From: Alphaproteobacteria bacterium
GTDB taxonomy: Bacteria; Pseudomonadota; Alphaproteobacteria; UBA828
Length of the DNA stretch: 64,000 bases
Reading direction: 5' to 3'
Assembly: GCA_965220825.1 (NCBI GenBank)
Contig: OZ244839.1
Span: 2,859,861-2,923,860 of the forward strand
This document shows, in pieces, positions 9,849-20,370 of the stretch. Each line of letters opens with the position of its first letter. Positions within the stretch are counted from its first letter, which is position 1. The notes under the pieces were generated by a model. That model did not search any database, was not told the DNA's origin, and worked only from the letters and a program-made list of their open reading frames with translations. A program made the translations under genes and the position numbers.

Positions 9849-9855
9849 GGCGCCG

Positions 9856-10971
9856 ATGACCGCACAAGACGCGGAAGCCCTCGCCCGCACCCCGCTCTTC
9901 GAGGAGCATCGGGCTCTGGGCGCGAAGCTGGTGGGCTTCGCGGGCTACGCCATGCCGGTACGCTATCCGGCGGGAATCGTCGCCGAGCACAAGGCCGTCA
10001 GAACCGCCGCCGGTCTCTTCGATGTCTCCCATATGGGCCAGTTGCGGCTCGCAGGCGCGGGCGCCGTGGAGGCGCTCGAGCGGCTGGTGCCCGGCGACAT
10101 TGCCGGCCTCGCGCCCATGGCCATGCGCTATACTCAGCTCACCGACGAAGCTGGCGGCATTCTTGACGATCTCATGGCGACACGGACGGACGACGGGCTC
10201 ATTCTGGTCGTGAACGCCGCCCGCAAGCAGGAAGACATCGCGCACCTCTCCGCCCATCTCGGTGCGGACGCCGCACTCGAGCATTTGGAGGACCGCGCTC
10301 TGCTCGCCCTCCAGGGACCGGCGGCCGCCACCGTCCTCGCCCGCCATGCGTCCGGTGTCGAGGGGCTCGCATTCATGCGGGCGGGATCCTTCCGTGTGGG
10401 CGGCGTGCAGGCCCTGGTCTCGCGTTCGGGCTACACCGGCGAGGACGGCTTCGAGATTTCCGTCGCGAACGACGATGCGGCCGGTCTCTGGCGGCTGCTA
10501 TGCGCGGACGCCGAGGTGGAGCCCGCGGGCCTCGGTGCGCGGGACTCGCTCCGCCTCGAGGCTGGGCTCTGCCTCTACGGCCACGATATCGACGAGACGA
10601 CATCGCCGGTGGAAGCGGCACTCGCCTGGTCCATCGGTCGTCGTCGGCGTCGCGACGGCGGTTTTCCCGGTGCTGCGCGCATCCGGCGCGAACTCGAGGA
10701 AGGCCCGGCGCGCAAGCGGGTCGGGCTTCGTCCGATGGGCCGGGCGCCGGCGCGGGAAGGCGCGGCGGTGCTTGACGAGGCGGGCGAGACGATCGGTGCC
10801 GTGACGAGCGGCGGCTACGGGCCCACGGCGGGCGCGCCGGTTGCCATGGGCTATGTGGCGGCGGGAGCTGCGAAGGCCGGCACACGGGTTTCGCTCATGG
10901 TACGGGGCAAGGCGCTGCCGGCGGAAGTCGCCGCCCTGCCTTTCGTGCCGCACAACTACAAGGGACGCTGA
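9856..10971 (+). CDS. gcvT: glycine cleavage system aminomethyltransferase
   Basis: Starts at ATG 9856 (MTAQDAEALARTPLFEEHRALGAKLVGFAGYAMPVRY). GLFDVSHMGQ and SRSGYTGEDGFEI motifs. Confidence 0.93.
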   Translation: MTAQDAEALARTPLFEEHRALGAKLVGFAGYAMPVRYPAGIVAEHKAVRTAAGLFDVSHMGQLRLAGAGAVEALERLVPGDIAGLAPMAMRYTQLTDEAGGILDDLMATRTDDGLILVVNAARKQEDIAHLSAHLGADAALEHLEDRALLALQGPAAATVLARHASGVEGLAFMRAGSFRVGGVQALVSRSGYTGEDGFEISVANDDAAGLWRLLCADAEVEPAGLGARDSLRLEAGLCLYGHDIDETTSPVEAALAWSIGRRRRRDGGFPGAARIRRELEEGPARKRVGLRPMGRAPAREGAAVLDEAGETIGAVTSGGYGPTAGAPVAMGYVAAGAAKAGTRVSLMVRGKALPAEVAALPFVPHNYKGR

Positions 10972-11014
10972 GGGAAGCGAGGGAGAGCGCGCTTCAGGCG
11001 CGTTTGGGAGGCCG

Positions 11015-11401
11015 ATGGGAGACGGGGTGAGATATACCAGGGACCATGAGTGGATCCGGGTCCAGGACGGGATAGGCGTGGTCGGCATTTCCGATTACGC
11101 GCAGGAGAAGCTCGGCGACGTGGTCTATGTGGAATTGCCGGAGGTGGGCCGGACGGTCGCCCAGGCCGAGGAGGCGGCGGTGGTCGAATCGGTCAAGGCC
11201 GCGAGCGAGGTCTATGCGCCGGCCTCGGGCGAGGTGGTGGAGGTGAACGCCGCGCTGGAGGACGATCCGGCGCTGGTGAACAGGGACGCGGCGGGAGACG
11301 GCTGGTTCCTCAAGCTCAGACTGAGCGCTCCCGAAGAGGTCGACAGTCTGATGGATGAGGCGGCCTATGGCGGGTATGTCGCGAGCCTCGGCGACGATTG
11401 A
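11015..11401 (+). CDS. gcvH: glycine cleavage system H protein
   Basis: YTRDHEWIRV..., GISDYAQEKLGDVVYVELPEVG, lipoyl-lysine context VESVKAASEVYAP. Confidence 0.93.
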   Translation: MGDGVRYTRDHEWIRVQDGIGVVGISDYAQEKLGDVVYVELPEVGRTVAQAEEAAVVESVKAASEVYAPASGEVVEVNAALEDDPALVNRDAAGDGWFLKLRLSAPEEVDSLMDEAAYGGYVASLGDD

Positions 11402-11488
11402 CCGGCGCCGTTTCACATTCCGCATGCCTGTTCCTCGGCATGCGTTCCGTCTGATGGCAATCCGGCGCGCCGGCGCGGGGAGGGAGCG

Positions 11489-14386
11489 ATGGCGGCAGGC
11501 AATCGGTCGTTGACGGCACTGGAGGGCGCGGACGAATTCGTCGGCCGCCATATCGGGCCGCGAGAGGCGGATCTCGCCGTCATGCTGGAGGTGGTCGGTT
11601 ACGATTCCCTCGATGCGCTCGCCGATGCCGCGGTACCGGATTCGATCCGCGGCGAAATGCCCGAAGGCTTCCCCGAAAGCCGGACCGAGCACGACGTGCT
11701 GGCCGAGCTCCAGGCGCTCGCGGGCCGGAACCGCGCCGCGCGCTCGCTGATCGGGCTCGGCTATTACGACACCCGCACGCCGCCGGTGATCCAGCGCAAT
11801 ATTCTGGAGAATCCGGGCTGGTACACGGCCTATACGCCCTATCAGCCGGAGATCTCCCAGGGGCGGCTCGAGGCCCTGCTGAACTTCCAGACCATGGTGA
11901 TGGAGCTGACCGGCTTCTCCTGCGCCAACGCCTCTCTGCTGGACGAAGCGACGGCCGCGGCGGAGGCCATGCATATGAGCTTCGGCGCTGCGCGGAACGG
12001 CGGCGAGCGCTTCTTCGTCTCCGAGGCCTGTCTGCCGCAGACCATCGAGGTGGTGCGCGCCCGGGCCGCCGCCATCGGCGTCCCGGTCGAGGTGGGAGAC
12101 CACCGGTCGGGCCTGCCGGAGGGGTCCTTCTTCGGCGCGCTTCTGCAATATCCGGCGGAAGACGGCTCCGTCCACGATTACCGCGCGTTCATCGAGGAGG
12201 CGCATGAGCGGGGCGCGCTCGTTACCGTGGCGGCGGACCTCCTGAGCCTGGTGCTGCTGACGCCGCCCGGCGAGTTCGGTGCTGATATCGCCGTGGGGAA
12301 CACCCAGCGCTTCGGCGTGCCGCTCGGCTATGGCGGGCCGCACGCCGCCTATTTTGCGACACATGACAAGTACCGCCGCGCCATACCGGGCCGAATCGTG
12401 GGCGTCTCGGTGGATGCGCGCACACGTCCCGCGCTCCGCCTTGCGCTCCAGACCCGCGAGCAGCATATCAGGCGCGAGAAGGCCACCAGCAACATATGCA
12501 CGGCCCAGGTGCTGCTCGGCGTGATCGCGGGCATGTATGCGGTCTATCACGGGCCGGAAGGGCTTACCCGGATCGCGCGGCGCGTGCACCGGCTTACGGA
12601 CATCCTGGCGGAAGGGCTGGCCCGCCTCGGCTTCTCCTTCGAGAACGAAACCTGGTTCGACACCTTGACCGTTCGCGCGCCGGGCGAGGCGGAGGCGATC
12701 CTCGGCCGGGCGGCGGCGGCGGGCTACAACCTCCGTCCGATCGATGGCGACCGCCTCGGCATCGCCCTCGACGAGACCGTCTCGCGGGCGGACGTGGAGG
12801 CCGTGTGGCGCGCCTTCGCGCCCGACGGCGCGGTGCCGTTCTCAGTGGGCGATCTTGCCGACGCGGCGCGTCACGGAATGCCGCGGGCACTGATCCGCTC
12901 CTCGCGCTTTCTCAAACATCCGGTGTTCAACAGCTACCAGGCGGAGACCGAGCTACTGCGCTACATGCGCAGGCTCGAAAGCAAGGATGTGAGCCTCAAC
13001 CGGGCCATGATCCCGCTGGGCTCATGCACCATGAAACTGAATGCGACCGCGGAGATGATGCCGATCACCTGGCCGGGCTTCGCGGGTATCCATCCATTCG
13101 CGCCGGCGGAGCAGGCGGAGGGCTATAGGGCGCTGATCGCGGATCTCGAGCGGATGTTGAGCGAGGCAACCGGGTTCGCCGCGGTCTCCCTCCAGCCCAA
13201 TGCGGGAAGCCAGGGGGAATATGCAGGCCTCATGGTGATCCGCCGCTATCACGAGGCACGCGGCGAGGGCGGGCGCAATATCTGCCTGATCCCGAGCTCC
13301 GCCCACGGCACCAACCCGGCGAGCGCGGTGATGGCGGGGATGAAGGTGGAGGTGGTGGCTTGCGACGATGCGGGCAATGTGGACCTTGCGGATCTGCGCG
13401 CGAAGGCCGAGGCGCATGGGGACGATCTCTCCGCACTGATGATCACCTATCCCTCGACCCACGGCGTGTTCGAGGAGGCCATCGTGGAGATCTGCGAGAT
13501 CGTCCACGCGTTCGGCGGGCAGATCTATATGGACGGCGCCAATCTGAATGCGCTGCTGGGCCTCGCCCTGCCCGGCCGCTTCGGCCCGGACGTCGCGCAC
13601 ATGAACCTGCACAAGACCTTCTGCATCCCTCATGGCGGCGGCGGGCCGGGGGTCGGGCCCATCGGGGTCGCCGCCCATCTTGCGCCTTATCTGCCGAGCC
13701 ATCCTCTGGTGCCCGAGGCGGGTCCTGCGAGCGGTATCGGTCCGGTCTCGGCGGCGCCGTGGGGCTCCGCCGGCATCCTGCCGATCTCCTGGGCCTATAT
13801 CGCGATGATGGGTCGGTCGGGGCTCAAACGCGCGAGCCAGGTGGCCATCCTCAACGCGAACTATGTGGCGAAGCGCCTCGAGGGGCACTATCCGGTGCTT
13901 TACACCGCGCCGAACGGCCTGGTTGCGCACGAGTGTATCGTGGAGGTGCGTCACCTGAAGCGGTCCGGCGGCGTGGAGGTCGAAGATATCGCCAAGCGCC
14001 TGATGGACTACGGGTTCCACGCGCCCACAATGTCCTTTCCCGTAGCGGGCACGCTGATGATCGAGCCGACGGAGAGCGAATCCAAGGAGGAGCTGGACCG
14101 TTTCTGCGACGCCATGATCGGGATCCGGGAGGAGATCGCGGCCATCGAGGAGGGCCGGGCGGATCGCACGGACAATCCGCTCAAGAACGCCCCGCACACC
14201 GCCGCGGATATCGCCGATGAGGAGTGGCGCCGCGGCTACAGCCGGCGCCAGGCCGTCTTCCCCATGACGGGGATCGAGGCCGACAAGTACTGGCCGCCCG
14301 TCAACCGCATCGACCAGGTCTACGGAGACCGCAACCTCATCTGTGCCTGTCCGCCCATGGAAGAGTGGGCGGCGGCCGCGGAATAA
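11489..14386 (+). CDS. gcvP: glycine dehydrogenase (decarboxylating), single-chain P protein
   Basis: 965 aa. [49 protein letters not shown]. Confidence 0.95.
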   Translation: MAAGNRSLTALEGADEFVGRHIGPREADLAVMLEVVGYDSLDALADAAVPDSIRGEMPEGFPESRTEHDVLAELQALAGRNRAARSLIGLGYYDTRTPPVIQRNILENPGWYTAYTPYQPEISQGRLEALLNFQTMVMELTGFSCANASLLDEATAAAEAMHMSFGAARNGGERFFVSEACLPQTIEVVRARAAAIGVPVEVGDHRSGLPEGSFFGALLQYPAEDGSVHDYRAFIEEAHERGALVTVAADLLSLVLLTPPGEFGADIAVGNTQRFGVPLGYGGPHAAYFATHDKYRRAIPGRIVGVSVDARTRPALRLALQTREQHIRREKATSNICTAQVLLGVIAGMYAVYHGPEGLTRIARRVHRLTDILAEGLARLGFSFENETWFDTLTVRAPGEAEAILGRAAAAGYNLRPIDGDRLGIALDETVSRADVEAVWRAFAPDGAVPFSVGDLADAARHGMPRALIRSSRFLKHPVFNSYQAETELLRYMRRLESKDVSLNRAMIPLGSCTMKLNATAEMMPITWPGFAGIHPFAPAEQAEGYRALIADLERMLSEATGFAAVSLQPNAGSQGEYAGLMVIRRYHEARGEGGRNICLIPSSAHGTNPASAVMAGMKVEVVACDDAGNVDLADLRAKAEAHGDDLSALMITYPSTHGVFEEAIVEICEIVHAFGGQIYMDGANLNALLGLALPGRFGPDVAHMNLHKTFCIPHGGGGPGVGPIGVAAHLAPYLPSHPLVPEAGPASGIGPVSAAPWGSAGILPISWAYIAMMGRSGLKRASQVAILNANYVAKRLEGHYPVLYTAPNGLVAHECIVEVRHLKRSGGVEVEDIAKRLMDYGFHAPTMSFPVAGTLMIEPTESESKEELDRFCDAMIGIREEIAAIEEGRADRTDNPLKNAPHTAADIADEEWRRGYSRRQAVFPMTGIEADKYWPPVNRIDQVYGDRNLICACPPMEEWAAAAE

Positions 14387-14531
14387 GCCGCGCAATCGTT
14401 GCCGGCCGCGCCCCTCAGCGCGGAAACGCAATCTCGCAGAAGAGACAGGCCGCGCGCTGCGTGCCCCGGCGGGTACGCGGAGTTCAGCCGGCGCGCGGGT
14501 ATCACGTGCAGGCGCCGGAGCCGGGCCCGCG

Positions 14532-15089
14532 TCAGTGGAGGCGGTTACGGACTTCCCGTACCGAGCCTTCGATCATGCGGTCGGCACGTTCCGGATCGAT
14601 GGTCTCCCCGATCAGGCGTCGGGCGGCCTCGATGGCGAGCGTGGTGGCCGTGCGGCGTACTTCGCGCATGGCTTCGTCCTCGGCGCGGGCGATGCGCTGC
14701 TCCGCAAGGGCGGCGCGGCGCTTCATGGTCTCTTCGAGGCTCGCGCGGGCTTCCGCCGCGTGGCGTTCCGCTTCGATGCGGGCCTGCTCCACCATCTCGC
14801 GCGCCTGGGTCTCGGCGTCGCGCCGCTTGCGCTCATAGTCCGCAAGCACGGCCTGGGCTTCTTCCCGCAGCCTTTCCGCCTCCTCCAGCTCGTTCTTGAT
14901 CCGCTCGGAGCGCTTGTCGAGCATTTCCACCGCCTTCTTGTAGGCGGCGCGTCCGAAGGCGCCGAAGAAGGTGATGAACGCGATAAGAATCCAGAAGTTC
15001 GCATCCTGGGTGATCTGGCTGCCGACGACGACGAAGACGCACGCCGCGACGATCACCCAGAACTCGGGCTTTTTGACCAGCTTCTTCAC
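14532..15089 (-). CDS. atpF: F0F1 ATP synthase subunit b
   Basis: 185 aa. One N-terminal TM helix followed by a long charged coiled coil. Last gene of atpI-a-c-b'-b. Confidence 0.88.
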   Translation of the reverse strand: MKKLVKKPEFWVIVAACVFVVVGSQITQDANFWILIAFITFFGAFGRAAYKKAVEMLDKRSERIKNELEEAERLREEAQAVLADYERKRRDAETQAREMVEQARIEAERHAAEARASLEETMKRRAALAEQRIARAEDEAMREVRRTATTLAIEAARRLIGETIDPERADRMIEGSVREVRNRLH

Positions 15090-15583
15090 GGCTTCGCTTC
15101 CGTGTTCATGGCCGCGTCCACCGCCGCACGGGCGGCGTCGGCGGGAGGCGCGCGGTCGGCGAGACGCTCGGTCACCGCACCGGCCACATCGGCCGCGATG
15201 TCCCGCAGGCTGGCGAGCGCCCGTTCGCGGGTCTCGTGGATGCGCGCTTCCGCCGCGTCCGCCTTGGCGGCGAGTTCGGCGTCCAGACGCTCGCGGAGCT
15301 CCGCGGCCTCCGCATCCAGCTTGGCCTGGGTTTCGGCGAGCACGCCATGGGCGGCGGAACGGGCCTCGGCGAGGGCTTTCTCATAGGCCGCCTCCGCCGC
15401 CTCGGCCTTCTTCTTGAACTCCTCCGCCCCGCTCAGGTCGCCCGCGATCTTGGCCTCCCGCGCCTCGATCACCCGTCTGATCCGTGGAAGACCGACTGAC
15501 CACATGACCAGCATGAGGATGACGAAGGTGACGACCAGCCAGAATATCTGCGGGGCGTAATCGCCCATCTCGAGCTGTGGCAT
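15086..15583 (-). CDS. F0F1 ATP synthase subunit b'
   Basis: 165 aa (MPQLEMGDYAPQIFWLVVTFVILMLVMW, then coiled coil). Its position between c and b is typical of alphaproteobacterial F0 operons. 4-nt overlap with atpF. Confidence 0.85.
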   Translation of the reverse strand: MPQLEMGDYAPQIFWLVVTFVILMLVMWSVGLPRIRRVIEAREAKIAGDLSGAEEFKKKAEAAEAAYEKALAEARSAAHGVLAETQAKLDAEAAELRERLDAELAAKADAAEARIHETRERALASLRDIAADVAGAVTERLADRAPPADAARAAVDAAMNTEAKP

Positions 15584-15615
15584 GGCTTATCCCCGCCCGG
15601 AGCCCTCTGCGCCGG

Positions 15616-15855
15616 TCAGGAACCGAACAGGATGATGAAGGCCATGACGAGCGCGAACAGCGCGATCGCTTCGGTGAGTGCGAAGCCCAGCAGCACGTTG
15701 CCGAAGAGCTTGGGCGCAGCGGCCGGATTGCGGCCCGCGGCGGAGACATAGTTGCCGAAGATCAGCCCGATGCCGACGCCCGAGCCCGCCACGCCGATGG
15801 TGGCCAGGCCGCCGCCGATAAGCTGCCCCATCAGTTTTGCTGCCTCTGCATCCAT
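15616..15855 (-). CDS. atpE: F0F1 ATP synthase subunit c
   Basis: 79 aa hairpin proteolipid. [15 protein letters not shown]..., ARNP-type loop (AGRNPAAAP), [11 protein letters not shown]. Confidence 0.95.
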   Translation of the reverse strand: MDAEAAKLMGQLIGGGLATIGVAGSGVGIGLIFGNYVSAAGRNPAAAPKLFGNVLLGFALTEAIALFALVMAFIILFGS

Positions 15856-15915
15856 GACTTCGTTCCTTTTTCAAGTTGTCTGGGCCCCTGCGGGCGTTGG
15901 CTCGTTCCCGACCGC

Positions 15916-16689
15916 TCAGTGATGCAACTCGATCGCATCGCGAATGTAGAGACAGGTCAAGATGGTGAAGACGTAGGCTTGCAGCACCGCGACCAGGATT
16001 TCCAGCCCGTAGAGCGCCACGATGAAGGCGAAGGGCAGGACGCCGGCGAAACTCAGCACGAATACGAAGGCACCGAACACATGCAGGATCGAGTGCCCCG
16101 CCATCATGTTGGCGAAGAGCCGCACCGAGAGGCTGATCGGACGCGCCATGTAGGAGACGACCTCGATCGGGACCAGGAGCGGCGCCATCCACATGGGCAC
16201 TCCTGGCGGCAGGAAGAAGGTCAGGAAGCGGTGCTTGTGGATGACGATGGCGAGGATCGTCACGCCCACGAAGACGACCAGCGCGAAGGCCAGCGTCACG
16301 ATTATGTGGCTCGTGAAGGTGAAGGAGTAGGGAATCAGCCCGAGCAGGTTTCCCAGCAGCAGGAACATGAACAGGCTGAAGACGAAGGGGAAGAACTTCT
16401 GGGCGCCGCGTCCGCCCACGATGTCGCCCAACATGCGGGCGATCATCTCGTAGGTCATCTCGACAATGGATTGGACGCGCCCCGGCACCAGGCGCCTGCG
16501 GCCCATCCCGACGGTGGTAAGCAGCGTGATGAGGGCGACGGTCACGCACATCATCAGCGCGGAGTTCGTGAAGGACGCGTCGAACCCGCCGAGGTCGATC
16601 TCGACGAAGCGGTTGATCGCGAACTGATCGAGGGGGCCGTGATGCGCGTCGCCGTTATGGCCGGCCGCGCCGTTTTCCGCTGTTGCCAC
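15916..16689 (-). CDS. atpB: F0F1 ATP synthase subunit a
   Basis: 257 aa polytopic protein. ISLSVRLFANMMAGH and LQAYVFTILTCLYI motifs. Confidence 0.95.
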   Translation of the reverse strand: MATAENGAAGHNGDAHHGPLDQFAINRFVEIDLGGFDASFTNSALMMCVTVALITLLTTVGMGRRRLVPGRVQSIVEMTYEMIARMLGDIVGGRGAQKFFPFVFSLFMFLLLGNLLGLIPYSFTFTSHIIVTLAFALVVFVGVTILAIVIHKHRFLTFFLPPGVPMWMAPLLVPIEVVSYMARPISLSVRLFANMMAGHSILHVFGAFVFVLSFAGVLPFAFIVALYGLEILVAVLQAYVFTILTCLYIRDAIELHH

Positions 16690-16697
16690 TGGCTGCC

Positions 16698-17051
16698 CTA
16701 TTCCTGACTACTTCGACCGTCCTCGTCCTTCTCGGGGCGCGTCGCCGCTCCCCGCGAAAGCGGCGTCGCGCCCATGCGCTGCGCCGCCCGAAACGCATTC
16801 AAGATGCCCGCCGCGATCCCGACAAAAATGAAGACCACGAAGAGCCAAGGTCTCGTATCGAGCCATTCGTCGAGCAGCCAACCCAGACCGCCGCCGACGA
16901 CCAGCGCCGCCGCCATTTCGATCGCGAGGTGCAGCGCCTGCCCGAGCTGGGTGCCGGGCAGACGTCCTCGATTCGCCTGCTCGTCACTGTCTCGAGCCTT
17001 GCGCAGCCGGGAGTCGAGCTCCTGAAGCGAAAGCCGCGATTTGTCGCTCAT
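16698..17051 (-). CDS. atpI: ATP synthase protein I (AtpI)
   Basis: 117 aa two-TM protein (GGGLGWLLDEWL..PWLFVVFIFVGIAAGILN) immediately upstream of atpB. Confidence 0.75.
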   Translation of the reverse strand: MSDKSRLSLQELDSRLRKARDSDEQANRGRLPGTQLGQALHLAIEMAAALVVGGGLGWLLDEWLDTRPWLFVVFIFVGIAAGILNAFRAAQRMGATPLSRGAATRPEKDEDGRSSQE

Positions 17052-17332
17052 GCAGACCCGCTCGGCCAGGGCGCCCGCACAGGCCCACGATCAAAACGGC
17101 GCGCACGATAGCGGCGCCCCCCGGCCCTGTCAATCAATTGTCCTCGTTCAGGATGCGATACGGCGGGGTCTCGCGTACTGGCAAAGCGCCTTTCATCATG
17201 TCGCATTCTCCACATCAGGGGCTCCGGACGGGCTCGCCGTCAGAGGCGCTTATGGTCCCCGCAATGCGAGGGACGCAGAGGCGCCGGAGCCCCGCGCACC
17301 GCGCTGCCCACGGGCGGACCAGTGATCGCGCC

Positions 17333-18601
17333 TCAGGCGGGGGCGGAGAGGTCCACGGCGCGGCCCATGACCGTCCGCGCCGGCGGGGAAGTCTCCGAGA
17401 CCAGTTTGCCGCGTTTGAAGACATGGGTGCAGACCGGGTTGATGCGCAGCACGTCCGCCTTGCTGGTCGCGTCGAATACCACCAGATCCGCCTGGCAGCC
17501 GGGTGCCACGCCATAGTCCTCGAGGGCGAGGATGCGGGCGTTGCGCCAGGTGACCATGTCGAAGCAGGCGTCGATCTCCGCGGTGCCGGACATCTGGCAG
17601 ACATGGAGGGCAAGGGAGGCGGCCTGGACCATGTCGCCCCGACCCAGCGGATACCAGGGGTCCATGATGGAGTCGTGGCCGATGCCCACATTGATGCCGC
17701 CCTGCCACAGCTCCTTCACCCGCGTCATGGCGCGCCGCTTGGGGTAGCTGTCCTCGCGGCCGAGCAGGATCAGATTGTCGAAGGGGTTGGCGATGATATG
17801 GAGCCCGCCACGCTGGAGCCAGCCCATGAGGCGGAAGGCGTAGGCATTGGCGTAGGAGTGCATGGCCGCACAGTGGCTTGCCGTCACCCGGCCCTGCATC
17901 CCGCGATAGTAGCTCTCATGCGCCATCACCTCGGTGAAGCGCGAGTTGGGATCGTCGACCTCGTCGCAATGGGTGTCGATCAGGAGGTTCCGCTTCTCCG
18001 CCTCGTCGAAGACGAGCTTGATGCTCGCGACGCCCGCCTCCCGCGTCGCCTCATTGTGGGGAATGCCGCCGATCACGTCCGGCCCCATGTCCAGGGCGCG
18101 GAGGAAGAGCGCCGGTCCGCCGGGGTGGGAGTGGATGCCGTCCTGGGGGAAGGCCACGATCTGCAAGTCCACCCGGTCCCGCACCTCGTCCTTGACCTCG
18201 AGGAGGGCCTGCATGGAGAGCTGGTTCTCGTCGGAGGTGTCCGCATGGGTGCGGATGAAGCCGGCGCCCTGGGCCACCTCCCAGTCGATGGCCTGTTTGG
18301 CCCGCGCCTTCACCGCCTCGAGGGTGCGGCCCTCCTTCTGCCGGCCCCAGATGGCGATCCCCTCATGGAGGGTGCCGGAGACATTGGCCTCGAGATTCGC
18401 GGTGAGCGTTGCGTCGAGATGGACATGCGGGTCGATCAGGGAGCCGGAGACGAGCCGCCCGCCGCAGTCGATCACCTGCCCCGCCTCGGCGTCGATGCCG
18501 GGCTCGACCGCCGCGATGCGCTCACCCTCGATGGCGATGTCGGCCCGCCGCAGCGGATTGTCCTCATGGGCGACGAGCGCGTCCTTCAGGATGACGTCCA
18601 T
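17333..18601 (-). CDS. metal-dependent amidohydrolase, cytosine-deaminase-like
   Basis: From ATG 18601, with gggaggga SD upstream. DVILKDALV..., LIDPHVHLD metal motif, THCDE, GIGHDSIMDPWYPLGRGDM. Substrate cannot be assigned from sequence. Confidence 0.75.
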   Translation of the reverse strand: MDVILKDALVAHEDNPLRRADIAIEGERIAAVEPGIDAEAGQVIDCGGRLVSGSLIDPHVHLDATLTANLEANVSGTLHEGIAIWGRQKEGRTLEAVKARAKQAIDWEVAQGAGFIRTHADTSDENQLSMQALLEVKDEVRDRVDLQIVAFPQDGIHSHPGGPALFLRALDMGPDVIGGIPHNEATREAGVASIKLVFDEAEKRNLLIDTHCDEVDDPNSRFTEVMAHESYYRGMQGRVTASHCAAMHSYANAYAFRLMGWLQRGGLHIIANPFDNLILLGREDSYPKRRAMTRVKELWQGGINVGIGHDSIMDPWYPLGRGDMVQAASLALHVCQMSGTAEIDACFDMVTWRNARILALEDYGVAPGCQADLVVFDATSKADVLRINPVCTHVFKRGKLVSETSPPARTVMGRAVDLSAPA

Positions 18602-18694
18602 GCCGAATCTCCCTCCCAGCGTCATTCTCCGCACCGCCGACGATAGCAGAACCCTTGCGCCGCCGACATGGCGTGCGGCGGGCGCGCACGGGCG

Positions 18695-20299
18695 CTAGGG
18701 GACGACGGAAAGATCTTCGCCGGCAAGGGCGCGGCGGATGAGGATGACGGTTTCCGGCACGCCGTAGAGGGCGATGAAGGAGCCCATGCGGGGGCCCTCG
18801 CTCTGACCGAGCAGGATCTCGTAGAGCGCCTTGAACCAGTCGCGGAGGCTCGGGAAGGGATGCCGCTTCCCGACTTCGTAGACCTCGGTCTGTATGGCCT
18901 CCGCGTCGCTGCCGGATGGGAGCGACGCCAGGGTGCGGGCCAGGTCCTCGAGCGCCGTTCGCTCCTCCTCGCCAGGCGGGCGGTAGGCCTTCCCGGGCTT
19001 CACGAAATCGCGGTAATAGGCGATGGCGCGCTGCACGAGATCGTCCAGGATGGGGGAGGCGGCGGGCGTCGCGCCCGGCACGTAGCGGGATATGAAGCCC
19101 CAGAGCACGGTCGCATCCTCCGTGTTGCACACGCTCGCGAGGTTGAGGAGGACACCGTAGCCGAGGCCGCTTTCCGGCTCCGGCGGCGCGCCGGCGTGGA
19201 TGTGCCAGGCCGGGTTCTCGAGGCGGGCTGCGGGCTGCTGTTCCGGATATCTGGCGAGATGGGCGAGGTGGTCGTCCACATGGCGCGGGATCACGTCGAA
19301 ATAGAGCCGCTTTGCGCGCCGGGGCGCGTTGTACATGTAGAGCGAGAGGGATTCGCGGGAGCCGTAGGCGAGCCATTCTTCGATGGAGAGCCCGTTGCCG
19401 CGGGACTTGGAGATCTTCTCGCCGTTCTCGTCCAGGAACAGCTCGTAAATGAAGCCCTCGGGCGGCGCCGAGCCGAGTGTCCTGCAGATGCGGCCCGAAA
19501 GCTGGACCGAGCTGATCAGGTCCTTTCCGGCCATCTCGTAGTCGACGCCGAGGGCATGCCAGCGCATGGCCCAGTCGGCCCGCCATTGCAGCTTGCAGGC
19601 GCCGCCGGTGACCGGAACCGTCACGGTCTCGCCGGTATCGTCCACATAGCTCACCGTACCCGCCTCCTCGTCCCGCGCGACGAGGGGCACCTGGAGCACG
19701 CGCCCCGTCCTCGGGCAGACGGGCAGAAACGGGCTGTAGCTCGCCCGGCGCTCTGCGCCCAGCGTCGGCAGGACGATGGCCATGATCGCGTCGTAGCGTT
19801 GCAGCACGTCGCGCAGCGCCCCATCGAAGGCGCCGGATTCGTAGGTCTCCGTCGAACTCTTGAACTCGTAGTCGAAGCCGAAGTCGTCGAGAAAGGCGCA
19901 GAGGCGGGCGTTGTTGTGGGCGCCGAAGCTCTCGTGGGTACCGAAGGGGTCGGGGATCCGGGTGAGGGGCTTGCCGAGATGCCGGGCCACCATGTCCCGG
20001 CTCGGGATGTTTTCGGGGACTTTCCGCAGCCCGTCCATATCGTCGGAGAAGGCGACGAGCCGCGTCGGGATATCGCAGAGCGTGTGGAAGGCGTGGCGTA
20101 CCATGGCGGTGCGCGCGACCTCCCCGAACGTGCCGATATGGGGGAGCCCGGAGGGGCCGTAGCCGGTCTCGAAAAGCGCGTAGCCCTTTGCCGGCGTTTC
20201 GCCGCCGAGGCGGGCGAGCAGCTTGGCGGCCTCCTTGAAAGGCCACGCCTTCGCATCCCGCGCCAGCGCGCGGAGCTCCTTCGGGGTTCTACTGGTCAT
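18695..20299 (-). CDS. lysK: lysine--tRNA ligase, class I
   Basis: From ATG 20299 ([10 protein letters not shown]...). [14 protein letters not shown] (HIGH-type) and KISKSRGNG (KMSKS-type). Architecture of class I LysRS, not the class II LysS/LysU type. Confidence 0.9.
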   Translation of the reverse strand: MTSRTPKELRALARDAKAWPFKEAAKLLARLGGETPAKGYALFETGYGPSGLPHIGTFGEVARTAMVRHAFHTLCDIPTRLVAFSDDMDGLRKVPENIPSRDMVARHLGKPLTRIPDPFGTHESFGAHNNARLCAFLDDFGFDYEFKSSTETYESGAFDGALRDVLQRYDAIMAIVLPTLGAERRASYSPFLPVCPRTGRVLQVPLVARDEEAGTVSYVDDTGETVTVPVTGGACKLQWRADWAMRWHALGVDYEMAGKDLISSVQLSGRICRTLGSAPPEGFIYELFLDENGEKISKSRGNGLSIEEWLAYGSRESLSLYMYNAPRRAKRLYFDVIPRHVDDHLAHLARYPEQQPAARLENPAWHIHAGAPPEPESGLGYGVLLNLASVCNTEDATVLWGFISRYVPGATPAASPILDDLVQRAIAYYRDFVKPGKAYRPPGEEERTALEDLARTLASLPSGSDAEAIQTEVYEVGKRHPFPSLRDWFKALYEILLGQSEGPRMGSFIALYGVPETVILIRRALAGEDLSVVP

Positions 20300-20370
20300 G
20301 GTCCGGCGTCCGGAAGCGGTGGGAACATGCGCAGGGCCGGCGCGCGCCGTCAACCGCTATACTCCGTGCG

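Noticed and set aside
9700-9855. Glycine riboswitch upstream of gcvT
   Set aside because: Only vague resemblances (ggagccccgccgaagccgca; ccggagaagcg) to aptamer cores. The region lies inside an open reading frame that ends 8 nt before gcvT. It cannot be confirmed without a covariance-model scan.
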